From positions 1-62,642 of the forward strand of contig DAHWNL010000001.1 in NCBI GenBank assembly GCA_027339965.1: a stretch of 62,642 bases of DNA, read 5' to 3'. The number at the start of each line of letters is the position of its first letter. Position 1 is the first letter of the stretch. Source of the stretch: Granulicella sp. (GTDB lineage Bacteria; Acidobacteriota; Terriglobia; Terriglobales; Acidobacteriaceae). A program made the translations under genes and the position numbers. The notes under the pieces were generated by a model. It did no database searches. It was given only the letters and a program-made list of their open reading frames with translations, and was not told the origin of the DNA. Of this stretch, positions 1 through 10,342 are shown piece after piece.

Positions 1-99
1 TCAGGGGACGCCTTCGGCGGCGCGGGCACATCGGCCAGCCAGTTCCGCGCCGTGGCCGAGATCGGCATCCTCTTCGGCAGCAACATCACCGGTAAGTGA
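1..99 (+). CDS. 3' end of a gene truncated by the window edge (possibly an outer-membrane protein)
   Basis: Frame 1 reads SGDAFGGAGTSASQFRAVAEIGILFGSNITGK then TGA at 97-99; GC3-rich codons; followed by a hairpin. Confidence 0.5.
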   Translation, partial: SGDAFGGAGTSASQFRAVAEIGILFGSNITGK

Positions 100-138
100 G
101 TCCCGGCTTCGCCCGGTTCACCCTTCCCGCTACGGCCG

Positions 139-172
139 CGCGCTGAGCGGTCCAGAGGAATCGCTCAGCGCG
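139..172. terminator. GC-rich hairpin between convergent genes (probable terminator)
   Basis: Perfect 11-bp stem CGCGCTGAGCG/CGCTCAGCGCG; no clear U-tract. Confidence 0.4.
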
Positions 173-220
173 GTTGGGCGGCCGCGCCACGGGAGGGGCT
201 TAAGGCGGCGGCACTCAGAG

Positions 221-655
221 TTATTCCGCGCGGATGAGCATCAATGGGCAGGGCGCGTGGTGGAGCACTCCCTTCGCCACCCCGCCCAACAGAGCGTCCG
301 CCACAGGATTGCGGCTGTTGCTCCCCATCACGATCAGATCAGCGCGCCAGTTTCGCGCGGCCTCCACCACTCGTGCGGCAGGCTTTCCCTCTTCGACAAA
401 GAGCAGAGGTGGGGGAGCCACTGTTCTTCGCGAGGCAAAAGCATGGAGCAGGGCTTTCGCATCTCGCTTCAGGAAGCTTGACCACTCGGAGGCGGAGATC
501 CCGGATTCTCCGCTGGAGTGAGCTCCCGCCGGGTCGACGGCCGTCAGCAACGCCACCTCGGCTCCAAGCTGGGCAGCAAGATCGAGCCCAACGTCGGCCG
601 CATGGGCTGAGAGCGCGCTGTCATCCACGGCAATGAGTATCTTCTTGAACTGCAT
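221..655 (-). CDS. Universal stress protein (UspA family)
   Basis: FKKILIAVDDS N-terminus, ADLIVMGS...LLGGVA..VLHHAPCPLMLI C-terminal motif; GGAGG RBS. Confidence 0.93.
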   Translation of the reverse strand: MQFKKILIAVDDSALSAHAADVGLDLAAQLGAEVALLTAVDPAGAHSSGESGISASEWSSFLKRDAKALLHAFASRRTVAPPPLLFVEEGKPAARVVEAARNWRADLIVMGSNSRNPVADALLGGVAKGVLHHAPCPLMLIRAE

Positions 656-1031
656 CGAGACCTCCTATTCCATCAGAGCGATCATACCGGCGCGGAACTC
701 TGCCCGACGGTGATCGCCGCTACGCAGGGATAGACTTTTCCCTTCCATCGGTCCGGTGAGATCCGTCCCAGGGGCGGCGCAAGCAGGCTCCGAGCGGGCA
801 CCCGGCGGCTTGGCTGCCGGGCGCGCCAGGCCCCGGCACCCCGCATGGCCACAGTTTGTGCTCTCCGCCGGGGATGGATATAGCCGAGGAAACGCTGCCT
901 GAGGACCGCTGGAGGTTGCGTCAGAGAGGCAGGAGAGCCCGGCTTCTCGATATTCGAACGGCACAAGTTCGGCAGTAACCCTTATTCTGTCGTATAGTAA
1001 AAAGGACCAACTTGGTCGGATATGTGCTTCG

Positions 1032-1289
1032 ATGAATGTTCTGGCATTGAGTGATGCGGCGGTTGGCAGCTCGGGGGTGGTGGAACGGATCGAGCTTCCC
1101 GAGGAGGTCAGTCATTACCTTGCGCATCTCGGATTTCTTCCCGGAACCAGCGTTGAGATCCTGCGCCACGCGCCTGCCGGAGATCCTCGCGTCTACCGCA
1201 TTGACGGAGTTGAAGTCGGTCTTCGCAATGAAACCGCCCGGCATATCTTTGTAAAGCTTGCGTCTGAACCTCGGGAGGAGGCTGCATGA
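1032..1289 (+). CDS. feoA: Ferrous iron transport protein A
   Basis: 85 aa, LAHLGFLPG...APAGDP...VGLR pattern; overlaps feoB start (ATGA). Confidence 0.93.
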   Translation: MNVLALSDAAVGSSGVVERIELPEEVSHYLAHLGFLPGTSVEILRHAPAGDPRVYRIDGVEVGLRNETARHIFVKLASEPREEAA

Positions 1290-3196
1290 GCTGCCACACC
1301 GCCGTTGCCGCGCCGATCGAGGAGATTGCCCCATCGACCTCCGGAGGCTCGTCTCGGCTGCGCACGGTGGCCCTGGTTGGACCGCCAAACTGTGGCAAGT
1401 CAACCCTGTTCAACCGGCTGACGGGCATGCGGCAGAAGGTAGCCAACTATCCCGGAGTGACGGTGGAACACCACTCGGGCAAGATGAAGGGGATTGGGCG
1501 CAATGACCTTACGCTGATTGATCTGCCCGGCATCTACACCCTGGCCACCTACTCCGAGGATGCACGCGTCGCCGTGGATGTGCTGACGGGCAAGATGCCG
1601 GGGGTGCCCAAGCCCGACTGCATTTTGCTGATCCTGGATGTGACGCATCTGAACCGGCAACTGATGCTGGCCGCTCCGGTCTTCTCCATGGGCCTGCCGA
1701 CGCTGGTTTTGTTGAATATGGCGGATCAGTTGGAGGCGCGCGGGGGCAAGATCGATCCGCTGGGACTGGCGCGCGAGCTGGGGCATCCGGTGGCTTTGAT
1801 CAGTGCGGCGCAGGGCAAAGGACTGGACACGATCCCTGAGTTTCTACTGCGCGCCAGCCTGAAGCTGGACAGTGGGCTGCGGCCGGTGCAGTTACCGGTG
1901 CTGCAAAGCGCCGCCTCCTGCCGGAACTGGGCGACCCAGGTCACCGGCCGCACCAAGTATCAGACACCGGCGGCATCCCTGTGGACGCGCCGGCTGGACA
2001 GTCTTCTGTTGCACCGCATCTTCGGACCGATCTTCTTTCTGGCCGTGGTGGTGGCAGTGTTTCAGGTGGTCTTCACCCTGGGCCAGCCCCTGAGCGATGG
2101 GCTGGGAACTGTGCTGACCAGCGTCGGCACCCGGGGGGCGCTGCTGCTGCCGGACAACTGGCTGCGCATCATGCTGCGCGATGGGTTGTGGAACGGCGTG
2201 CAGTCGGTGCTGGTATTTCTGCCCCAGATTCTTCTGCTCTTCCTGTTCATCGGCGTGCTGGAGGACTCTGGGTATCTGGCCCGGGCGGCGCTAATCGCCG
2301 ACCGTGTGATGCGGTCCATCGGCCTGAACGGCAAGGCCTTTATACCGTTGCTCTCCGCCTACGCCTGCGCCGTGCCGGCCATCATGGCCACCCGCACCAT
2401 TGAGAACAAGCGCGAGCGATTGGCGACGATCTTGATCGCGCCGTTCATGACCTGCTCCGCGCGGCTGCCCATCTACACGCTGATCATCGCGGCCTTCATC
2501 CCCGATCACCGCTTCCTGGGCGGAATATTGGGGCTGCGCGCGCTGACCATGCTGGGGCTGTATGGGATTGGATTTCTGGCGGCCCTTCTTACCGCGAGGA
2601 TGCTGAACTCCTCGGTGATGAAGGCCTCCCATGCTCCCTTCATTCTGGAGCTGCCCCAGTACCGCTGGCCAACGTTCAAGTCGCTGGGCTTCCGGCTCTA
2701 TGACCGCGGCAAACTCTTCCTGCAGAAGGCCGGTACCGTAATCCTGGGTGTCACCTTCCTGGTCTGGGTCTTCAGCGTGCTGCCGATTCATGGAGGGCAG
2801 TTCTCCAATCTCTCCCAGAGCGTCATCGCCCACCTGGGCCGCGCGATCGAGCCGGTGCTTCGCCCCTTGGGATTCAACTGGAAGATCGGCGTGGGACTGC
2901 TCAGCTCGGTGGTAGCCCGCGAGGTGATTGTGGGAACGCTGGGCACCCTGTACGGTGTGGATCCTGCCACTCACGCGCTGGGGCTGCAGGCTGCCCTGCG
3001 GCATGATCTTGCCCTGGGTGGCGCCCTCGCCCTGGTGGTGTTCTTTGCCTTTGCGATGCAGTGTACCTCGACGCTGATCGTGGTGCGGCGCGAGACCAAT
3101 AGCTGGAAGCTGCCCGCCTTGCAGTTCGCCTACATGACCACGGTGGCTTACGTGGCGGCGCTGCTGGCCAACCAGTTGATCACGCATCTGCTGTGA
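1286..3196 (+). CDS. feoB: Ferrous iron transport protein B
   Basis: GPPNCGKS, NYPGVTVE, DLPG, NMAD GTPase motifs; LEDSGYLAR and FILELPQYR; multipass C-terminal region. Confidence 0.97.
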   Translation: MSCHTAVAAPIEEIAPSTSGGSSRLRTVALVGPPNCGKSTLFNRLTGMRQKVANYPGVTVEHHSGKMKGIGRNDLTLIDLPGIYTLATYSEDARVAVDVLTGKMPGVPKPDCILLILDVTHLNRQLMLAAPVFSMGLPTLVLLNMADQLEARGGKIDPLGLARELGHPVALISAAQGKGLDTIPEFLLRASLKLDSGLRPVQLPVLQSAASCRNWATQVTGRTKYQTPAASLWTRRLDSLLLHRIFGPIFFLAVVVAVFQVVFTLGQPLSDGLGTVLTSVGTRGALLLPDNWLRIMLRDGLWNGVQSVLVFLPQILLLFLFIGVLEDSGYLARAALIADRVMRSIGLNGKAFIPLLSAYACAVPAIMATRTIENKRERLATILIAPFMTCSARLPIYTLIIAAFIPDHRFLGGILGLRALTMLGLYGIGFLAALLTARMLNSSVMKASHAPFILELPQYRWPTFKSLGFRLYDRGKLFLQKAGTVILGVTFLVWVFSVLPIHGGQFSNLSQSVIAHLGRAIEPVLRPLGFNWKIGVGLLSSVVAREVIVGTLGTLYGVDPATHALGLQAALRHDLALGGALALVVFFAFAMQCTSTLIVVRRETNSWKLPALQFAYMTTVAYVAALLANQLITHLL

Positions 3197-3393
3197 AGCT
3201 CCAAGCTGCGCCCGGCTGGGCCGGCGCCGCGGCAGCCGTCTGCTGTCCTTCTCGCAGGCTGACGGCTCGGCGGAGAGCCGTGGCTCTCCGCCGAGGTTCT
3301 CTGGCGACAGGATGCGGCGATCGAGGGGTTTATGCGTTGTTCGATGCTGCCGGAATGAACTGCTGGATTTGCGGATCAACGGTCTTGCTCAGC

Positions 3394-3940
3394 TCACCCA
3401 TGGCAGCGTTCATCACGCCCTCCCACGACTCCCAGGTGGCCAGACGCTCCGCGTAAGCCGCGCGCGGGGCAAAATCGAGGTGCCGAAGCCGAGCCGCAGC
3501 GGCGGATTGTCCGCATCCACCAACTGGAGAATCGCCGCTGCGGTCGCGTTCGGGTCTCCGCGCTCCGTGCCGGCAAGCGCCGTGAGAAACTGCTTGCGCA
3601 GCTCGTCGTAGGGCGGCAGCATATCGGCCATCTGCCCGGATCGATCAAAGCCGGTAGCGTAGGCTCCGGGTTCAACCAGCGTGACCTTGATACCGAAGGC
3701 TTTGACCTCCTGCGCCAGCGCCTCGTGCATCGCCCCCGCTGCCCACTTTGGTGGCGCTGTAGAAGCCGACGATCGGCAGCGAGGTGATGCCCAGACCGCT
3801 GGAGACGCCCAGAATGTGGCCCCTACCCTGTTTGCGCAGCAGAGGCAGCGCCGCGCGAATGACGCGGACCATGCCCAGGTAGTTGGCATCAAAGACGTTG
3901 CGAATCGTAGCCGGAGTCGCCACCTCAGCAACACGCCGAC
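3394..3940 (-). pseudogene. Short-chain dehydrogenase/reductase remnant (5'-truncated, two frameshifts)
   Basis: Three frames join into one SDR: VFDANYLG...GHILGVSS...YSATK | WA..MHEALAQEVKAFGIKVTLVEPG...PPLRLGFG | YAERLATWESWE. No TGxxxGxG N-terminus. Confidence 0.85.
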
Positions 3941-3984
3941 CGTTGGCGGATGCGGAGATGCAAGAACCTCCCGAGGCTCCGCCT

Positions 3985-4845
3985 TCAGCGTTCCCCCCAG
4001 TGCAACTTGGAACGGAGAACGTTGAAGAAGCCGTTGGGATGAAGACCCAGCAGGTGAACTTTGCGGTTGGAACGGCGGCAGAGGATGCGATCGTTCAACG
4101 CTACTTGCACAGCCTCCTGCCCATCGACGGTCAGGTACATCTCCTGCGGGACCACGTCCACCACCACCACCACTTCGGTGTCGCCAGGGAAGACAATGGG
4201 ACGGATGGTGAGCAGGTGGGGACAGATGGCCGAGAGGATCATGGCATTCACGTTCGGCGTCAGAATGGGTCCATTGGCCGCCAGGTTGTAGGCTGTGGAC
4301 CCGGTGGGCGTAGAGACGATCACGCCATCGGCGCGAAAACGGGCAACGAACTGGCCGTCGAGTTCGATGGCAAACTCACCCATGCGGGCGATGGCTCCCT
4401 TGGAGAGGACCACATCGTTGAGCGCTTCCCACTCGCGAACTAACTCTCCCTTGCGCAAGAGTTGGGCATGCATCAGCCTGTGGGTATCGACAAAAGCCTT
4501 ATCGGCCATCCATGCGTCCAGAGTGTCATAGAGGTCGGCCATCGGCACCTCGGTGAGGAAGCCGAGCGAGCCAAGGTTGACCGCAAGAATGGGCGTTGCG
4601 GTGAGAGCAAAGGCGCGAGCCGCGGAGAGCAGGGTACCATCCCCTCCCAGGCAGATGACCAGCACCGGCGCGTGAGAGGCCAGCTCCGAGCGAGGGACAG
4701 CGGAGCCGCTGAGGCCGACATAAGCGGCACTGTCCGGTTCCAGGACGGGAGTAAAACCCCGGCCCCTGAGCCAGGCGATGAGTTCGGTGAGGATGAACTC
4801 CAACTCTGGCTTCTGCGGCTTGGAGATGATCGCTACCTTGGGCAT
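3985..4845 (-). CDS. nadK: NAD(+) kinase
   Basis: LGGDGT, NLGSLGFL, LND, DGVIVSTPTGSTAY motifs; start set at MPKVAII. Confidence 0.96.
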   Translation of the reverse strand: MPKVAIISKPQKPELEFILTELIAWLRGRGFTPVLEPDSAAYVGLSGSAVPRSELASHAPVLVICLGGDGTLLSAARAFALTATPILAVNLGSLGFLTEVPMADLYDTLDAWMADKAFVDTHRLMHAQLLRKGELVREWEALNDVVLSKGAIARMGEFAIELDGQFVARFRADGVIVSTPTGSTAYNLAANGPILTPNVNAMILSAICPHLLTIRPIVFPGDTEVVVVVDVVPQEMYLTVDGQEAVQVALNDRILCRRSNRKVHLLGLHPNGFFNVLRSKLHWGER

Positions 4846-4972
4846 GATGAGTTGAGTGTACCGCGCCAACCCCGGCAGACTTCTGCCGCCAGTCAGCGGC
4901 TGGAGCGCAAAAGGAAGGCGTCAGATGCGCATCCCGGCTCAAGCGTCGGGCCTCATCTCGATCCCGCCGGCC

Positions 4973-7885
4973 CTACTCCGATCCGGGAGCACCCGGCGGG
5001 GCCTGGTCTCCGGCGGTGGCTGCAGGAGACCCCTGCGGAGTCGCCGCCGGCGTCTGCGCCGGGGAGGTTGCAGGAACGGGAGCCACCGGGGGTGCGGTAT
5101 GAGCAGGCGGTGCAGGCGCCCGCCCCGCAACCGGCGCAGAGGCTGGAATCATCCGTGCCGGCTGACTTGCTGAGAGCAACGACTGCGCGGCGGCGGACTT
5201 CACCACAGATTGAACCGCTGGGGGCGCTGCCGGTTGCTGGGCCACGGAGCCAGAAGCGGACTTGGAGGCGGGGGCAGAAGACGCTGGAAGCGCAGCCGCT
5301 GCGGCGGCTCCGCCTTCCGGCTCAGCCGCGGAGGTGGTGGGCAGAACAGCCGGCGGAAGAGGCGCAGGCGTTGGAACAGGTATGGGGAGGGTCAACATGG
5401 CCACGTCACTTGGATCGTCACGAAGTTTGAAGTAAAGCGTTCTGCCATCCAGAGGCGTGGGGACGCTGAAGGTGGATGCTGCAAAGCCGATGGGAACCTC
5501 TGTGGGATGGGCGAAGTCCCTGGTGGCGCTGAAGAACTGTGCCAGGTAGAGATCATCTCCCTCCAGGATGCAGGCGGAATTCGCCGGCGTGGTGCAATGA
5601 ATCGCGGTAATGTGAGGCCTGCGCACCAGATTGCCCAACGTGATCCAGTCGCCGTTGGTCCCGTCGGCGGCGACGGCGCGGATCTGCAACCTGCCGAAAG
5701 CCGATCTGCCGAAGGCCTTGAGAAGATCAAGCGTGGCCACAGCGGTATGCTCATCCTGCAGAACCAGGCTGTTGTCTTTGAGGGACAGTTCGGTCTGCAG
5801 AGCGCCGTCGGCGGTAGCAACTTCGATGGTCTCCGAACGCGGGAACTCCTCTTTGGTCTGGACGACAAAGGTCAGGATGCCGTCCAGCGGAATATCGTCT
5901 GGATCGGAGAGCGTGACGGGAATGCCGACCGCCGCCGGCCCGGCGGTGGCATGGACGTAGACCAGCTTCAGGCTGGGGCGCCGGGCGAGGATCTCCACGG
6001 CGACATCCATGGTGCGGCCGTCCGTCAGCGTGACGGCGGCATCGGATCCCAGGCTGGGAGAGACGCCCGAGTTGGTCTTCAAGGGCAGAGATCCGTCCTC
6101 CGTGGCGTCCGGGCCGCCGGCACGGGTTGCGTCGTCGGTCAGAGGCGTGAACCGATGCTTGTCGAACTCAACGAAGGCAACATGCTCAAGCCCCTTGCCG
6201 GTCAGCATGGCCGTGTCGTCTCCACTGTGGATCTTGAATTCGCTCAGCGTAATGCCACTGGAGTAGGCGGTGAGCGGAAGCTCTGCAGGCCGGGGGTCGC
6301 CATACTGCCGGATGGCCAGTGAATAGCTGCCGGGCGGAACGTTCTTCAGAGAAACCGCTAAAGCGAGCTTGTCCGCAGCGTGCTGGTCCGGACGGGGCTC
6401 AGACGCGAAGCTCACCTCGGCGGCTTCTCCGCCTCCCCCGGTCAGGTTGATCGCCTGGATGCAGTTTGCGCCCTCACCATGCAGCTCCAGGTGATTTTCC
6501 GCTCCAGCGAGCAGTTGCGCATCGCCCAGGATCTTCCATCCCTTACCTGCAGTCTGTTGCAAGGTGAGAGTGGGTCCCTGGAAGGGCTGGAAGCCCCAAT
6601 AGCCGCGCACGGTGCCCGTGACGGTGAGAGCGGAGGCGGAAGCGAGGGCCGATCCGGCTGCGCCGCCGTTGTCATCGGCATGCGAGCCCAGGGCCACGGG
6701 CGGACGAAGAAGCAGCGGCCGCCGCTGCTCCTGCCTGGCCGCCACCAGGCCACCGGCGGCGGCATCCGGCTCGACGGGAATATCCGTGACGCCGGCGCTT
6801 CGGTTCAGGTGCAGGACCATATCATGCGCAAAGCTGGTGCTGAAGACCAGCGGGGCTCCTTGGAGCGGGAGAACGAACCGGGGCCGAAGCAGACAGACCA
6901 CTTCGTCGGGATGGAGGGGGCGCAGCGGAGGAAACTTGGCGCTCTGAATCGCCGGGAGACCAACGACGATGACGGACATCGGATTATGGAAGGACGGCGG
7001 CGAGTTCAGCTTGAGATTCAGCGTGTCCCCCTGCGGGAAGCTGAGGCCGGGGATGTACTGATACTGCGCGGTGTGCAGGCTCCCGATGAGAGCAATCAGA
7101 TCCACAACGGTTCCCACGTAGGCGGAGTAGTAGCCATCACCGGCCGCCTGCGTTGTGGAGGCAGAGTTGATGAAGTTCGAGGATGGTCCCCCGGAGAGAA
7201 CCTCAGCGATGCCCTGGCCGTGACCATCGTTGAGAATGACGGGGGCGCTCGATTGGGTCAGGCAGGCTACCTGGTCCTCCACCGGCTGTTGAAAGCAGCC
7301 CGCGTCCGGCCGCAGGTCCAGCGTAGCCGCAAGCCTGGCAGAGCGCTTCTGGATGGTCTTGGCGTCGGCATCCGTCACGCTCTGCATGGCGGATAGATAG
7401 CGCTGAATGCGTTGTTCCTCGAAGGAGGCTTCGTTGAGGTCAGCGTCGGCGCGAATAAAGGTTCCGGGGTTGCCCCGTACGGCGGAGCGAAGCGTCTTGA
7501 AGTCGCCGCCGGTCTTTGGAGCGATGAAGAGCAGCGCCTGCTCGGCACCCTGAGGCACCACCACGGTTGTGCCTTCCACAACGGCCTTCCGATCCCAGGT
7601 GTCAATGGCCGTAAACCACTTTCCCGGGGGCTCGTTGGTGGTGCCGCGCAAGAAGGCAATCACCAGCAGGAGATGGTTGGACTGGGTACGCGGGAGGTCG
7701 GCCTTCACCCAAAGACGATCCCCGGGCCTCAGATCGGGGACCTCGGCGATGGGCAGCGTCATGCCTCCGCGGGTCACTCGGACCTCGATCCTGGGACCGA
7801 CGAGGTCAAAGCGAGCGCCGGCATGCAGCGCCGGGGTGCCAAGCAGCGTCGCAAGCAAGAAGGCCGAGGCTCGATAGGCATTCAT
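4973..7885 (-). CDS. Large secreted hypothetical protein with Pro/Ala-rich C-terminal tail
   Basis: 970-aa ORF, signal-peptide-like N-terminus (MNAYRASAFLLATLLGTPALHA), GGAG RBS, beta-rich body. Confidence 0.85.
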   Translation of the reverse strand: MNAYRASAFLLATLLGTPALHAGARFDLVGPRIEVRVTRGGMTLPIAEVPDLRPGDRLWVKADLPRTQSNHLLLVIAFLRGTTNEPPGKWFTAIDTWDRKAVVEGTTVVVPQGAEQALLFIAPKTGGDFKTLRSAVRGNPGTFIRADADLNEASFEEQRIQRYLSAMQSVTDADAKTIQKRSARLAATLDLRPDAGCFQQPVEDQVACLTQSSAPVILNDGHGQGIAEVLSGGPSSNFINSASTTQAAGDGYYSAYVGTVVDLIALIGSLHTAQYQYIPGLSFPQGDTLNLKLNSPPSFHNPMSVIVVGLPAIQSAKFPPLRPLHPDEVVCLLRPRFVLPLQGAPLVFSTSFAHDMVLHLNRSAGVTDIPVEPDAAAGGLVAARQEQRRPLLLRPPVALGSHADDNGGAAGSALASASALTVTGTVRGYWGFQPFQGPTLTLQQTAGKGWKILGDAQLLAGAENHLELHGEGANCIQAINLTGGGGEAAEVSFASEPRPDQHAADKLALAVSLKNVPPGSYSLAIRQYGDPRPAELPLTAYSSGITLSEFKIHSGDDTAMLTGKGLEHVAFVEFDKHRFTPLTDDATRAGGPDATEDGSLPLKTNSGVSPSLGSDAAVTLTDGRTMDVAVEILARRPSLKLVYVHATAGPAAVGIPVTLSDPDDIPLDGILTFVVQTKEEFPRSETIEVATADGALQTELSLKDNSLVLQDEHTAVATLDLLKAFGRSAFGRLQIRAVAADGTNGDWITLGNLVRRPHITAIHCTTPANSACILEGDDLYLAQFFSATRDFAHPTEVPIGFAASTFSVPTPLDGRTLYFKLRDDPSDVAMLTLPIPVPTPAPLPPAVLPTTSAAEPEGGAAAAAALPASSAPASKSASGSVAQQPAAPPAVQSVVKSAAAQSLLSASQPARMIPASAPVAGRAPAPPAHTAPPVAPVPATSPAQTPAATPQGSPAATAGDQAPPGAPGSE

Positions 7886-7968
7886 CTTCTCCAGATTAGA
7901 CGTCTGGCGGTCTTTGCGGGGTTGTGAAATCCCGATCCGCGCAGACAGATTCTTGATTCGGAGACAGA

Positions 7969-8018
7969 TCCCTGCTTCCAGGATGCCTGCGACTCCCTGC
8001 TTCCAGGATGCTTGCGAC
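7969..8018. repeat. 25-bp tandem duplication
   Basis: TCCCTGCTTCCAGGATGC(C/T)TGCGAC x2, one mismatch. Confidence 0.85.
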
Positions 8019-8052
8019 GCAGAGCCACGGCCGGGAAAAAGCCCCGGCGCGA

Positions 8053-8811
8053 TCAGCTCCAGCGGAGATGCAGAAGAAACTCGCGGTTGCCTTCCATGCC
8101 CAGGATGGGCGAGTCCATGGCGGCCATCACCTCTCCACCCAGGCTTCGGGCGGCGCTCACTACCCGCTCCACGGCAAGTTCGTGCGCGGCGGGATCACGA
8201 ACGATGCCGCCTTTGCTGACGTACTGGCGGCCGGCTTCAAACTGCGGCTTCACCAGCAGCACAGCCTGGCCCTGCCAACCCTCTCCGACGCCAGCCAGGG
8301 CCGCCGTAACCGCGGGCAACACCAGCGTGGCGGAGATAAAGCTGACATCCATGGCAAAGAAGCGGATGGGCATGGGAGAGAGCGGAACAAGCTCACCGGG
8401 AGCCAGCAGGCGAGCGTTGCAGCGTTCCCGGAGCGTCACGCGCGGATTGCTGCGCAGCTTGTGGTGAATCTGGCCGTAGCCTGTATCGATGGCCAGAACG
8501 CCGGCGGCGCCGTGCTGAAGCAGGCAGTCGGTAAAACCGCCGGTGGAGGCTCCGATGTCGGCGACGGCGAGGCCTTCAACCGAAATCCGCCAGCGGTGGA
8601 GAGCGGCTTCCAGTTTGAGGCCGCCACGCGAGACGTAGCGCAGATCCTCCCCCAGCAGGCGGATGGAGGCATCATCGGCCACCGAGGTTCCGGGCTTATC
8701 CACGCGTTGTTCTTCCACCAGAACCCTGCCTGCCAGAATCATCGCCTGGGCGCGTTCGCGGGAGGCGGCCAGAGAGCGATCGACCATGAGTTTGTCGAGG
8801 CGAAGCTTCAT
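8053..8811 (-). CDS. tlyA: TlyA family rRNA methyltransferase
   Basis: S4 domain RLDKLMV...SRERAQ, YVSRGGLKL, DIGASTGGFTDCLLQ, DVSFIS, VKPQFEAG, GNREFL. Confidence 0.95.
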   Translation of the reverse strand: MKLRLDKLMVDRSLAASRERAQAMILAGRVLVEEQRVDKPGTSVADDASIRLLGEDLRYVSRGGLKLEAALHRWRISVEGLAVADIGASTGGFTDCLLQHGAAGVLAIDTGYGQIHHKLRSNPRVTLRERCNARLLAPGELVPLSPMPIRFFAMDVSFISATLVLPAVTAALAGVGEGWQGQAVLLVKPQFEAGRQYVSKGGIVRDPAAHELAVERVVSAARSLGGEVMAAMDSPILGMEGNREFLLHLRWS

Positions 8812-9772
8812 GATTCCCGTGTGGGTGTATGCCTGTTCAGCCGCTTGCCGCCGCGCTGCCGGCCTCCCGATTCTCGGCCGGCCATCGGCGCGGGGCCAGG
8901 AGAGAGTTGCTCCCACTGTCAGCATAGCGGAGGATCAGGGAGTCAAACGTTCCAGAGATGGATTTGACGATGGGACGCAGATGATGGCCAGGATGACGGC
9001 CGGGACGATAGCCAGGCAGGAAGCGGTCGGAGCGTGAAACGCGCTCCCTGATCTGCGCTTTGAGCCGGCGCGCGCACGCCCCCACGCGCAGCCTGCCCGT
9101 GGAGGGTGCGGTGGACTGCGGTGGAGCGGGATACGGCCACCCCAACCCGACCTGATCTTGGTCTGCATCCTGGTCTACATCCTGGCCTGGGCGCCCAGGT
9201 CAACCAGAGCGACTCCGGCCGCCACAAGGGGATCTGCCCGGGCGATGCCGGGACCGACCGAGGGACGAAGGTTGCGTTTTCGCGTCATCTGCCGGGATGA
9301 AGCCGGCGTAATCTGCAAGGGACGGCATGAACGATTCGCGGCGAATATCGATTGCTTCTTCATCGGCGCAGCGAGAAAGTAGATGGCGCCGGGAACAAAA
9401 CCGGCGGAGCTGAGCCGTGAGATTTGCCCTCCGGGCTTGTTTCCCAGACCGCAGCATCGCTCCATGCAAGCCCGGCGCGCGTCGGGCTTGTGCCGCCGAT
9501 TTACGGGGGGGGAGGCAGACTTCGTAGCGGAAAGAGGAAACGCGTTCGGCAGGAACCGAAGGCGTAAATCCTCTTCTCCGGGCAAGGGAATGACGTACAC
9601 TGGGCTCGCAGGCTACAGTTCCGTCGGAAGACACGACTCTCGGAAGGCTGAGCAGTCCAGGCACAGAGTTCCCGGGATGAGGCGGAAGGGCATGAATTCT
9701 GCCTTCGATACGCGGCGGTTCCCTGCTTCCGCATCCCCGGAGGCAATCCATTCGAGCGAGCGAGTGTGTTCT

Positions 9773-10342
9773 ATGAACCATGATTTGGATGAATCAAAGG
9801 CGGTGGCGCAACCGGAACCGGAGGAAGATGGCGCGTTGCTGGCGCGGGTGCAGCGGGGCGATGAGCGTGCCATGGCTGTGCTCTTCGACCGGTACTCGAA
9901 GGTCGTCTATTCGGTGGGGCTGCGGGTGCTGCGGGATCATGCATTGGCTGAGGATGTGATGCAAGAGATCTTTATGCAGATATGGAGAATCCCGCAGAGC
10001 TTCTCGCCCAGCAAGGGAGCTCTGGGTGGCTGGCTGGCGCTGCTGGCGCGCAACCGTTCCATCGACCGGCTGCGCCGGCGGCGGCCCAGCGAGCCGATCC
10101 AGGAGTTGACCCTGGCCTCGGCATGGAATTTGGGCAACGACGCCGAACGGTCCCTGCTGATGGAGCGCGCCAGTGCAGCCCTCAAGCTGTTGCCCATAGA
10201 ACAAAGAAAGACGCTGGAGATGGCCTTCTTCGACGGGCTGACGCACAACGAAATCACTGAGATGACCGGAGATTCCGTGGGAACGGTGAAGAACCGCATG
10301 CGCAGCGCGCTGCTCACCCTGAGAAAGGGACTGCCGGCATGA
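9773..10342 (+). CDS. ECF RNA polymerase sigma factor (SigK-like)
   Basis: LFDRYS..VY, AEDVMQEIF, ARNRSIDRLRR, FFDGLTHNEI...GTVKNRMR; coupled to an anti-sigma gene. Confidence 0.93.
   Translation: MNHDLDESKAVAQPEPEEDGALLARVQRGDERAMAVLFDRYSKVVYSVGLRVLRDHALAEDVMQEIFMQIWRIPQSFSPSKGALGGWLALLARNRSIDRLRRRRPSEPIQELTLASAWNLGNDAERSLLMERASAALKLLPIEQRKTLEMAFFDGLTHNEITEMTGDSVGTVKNRMRSALLTLRKGLPA

Noticed and set aside
9740..9772. Autoregulatory ECF promoter (CAATCC...)
   Set aside because: No convincing -10 element at suitable spacing and no matching site upstream of dsbD.
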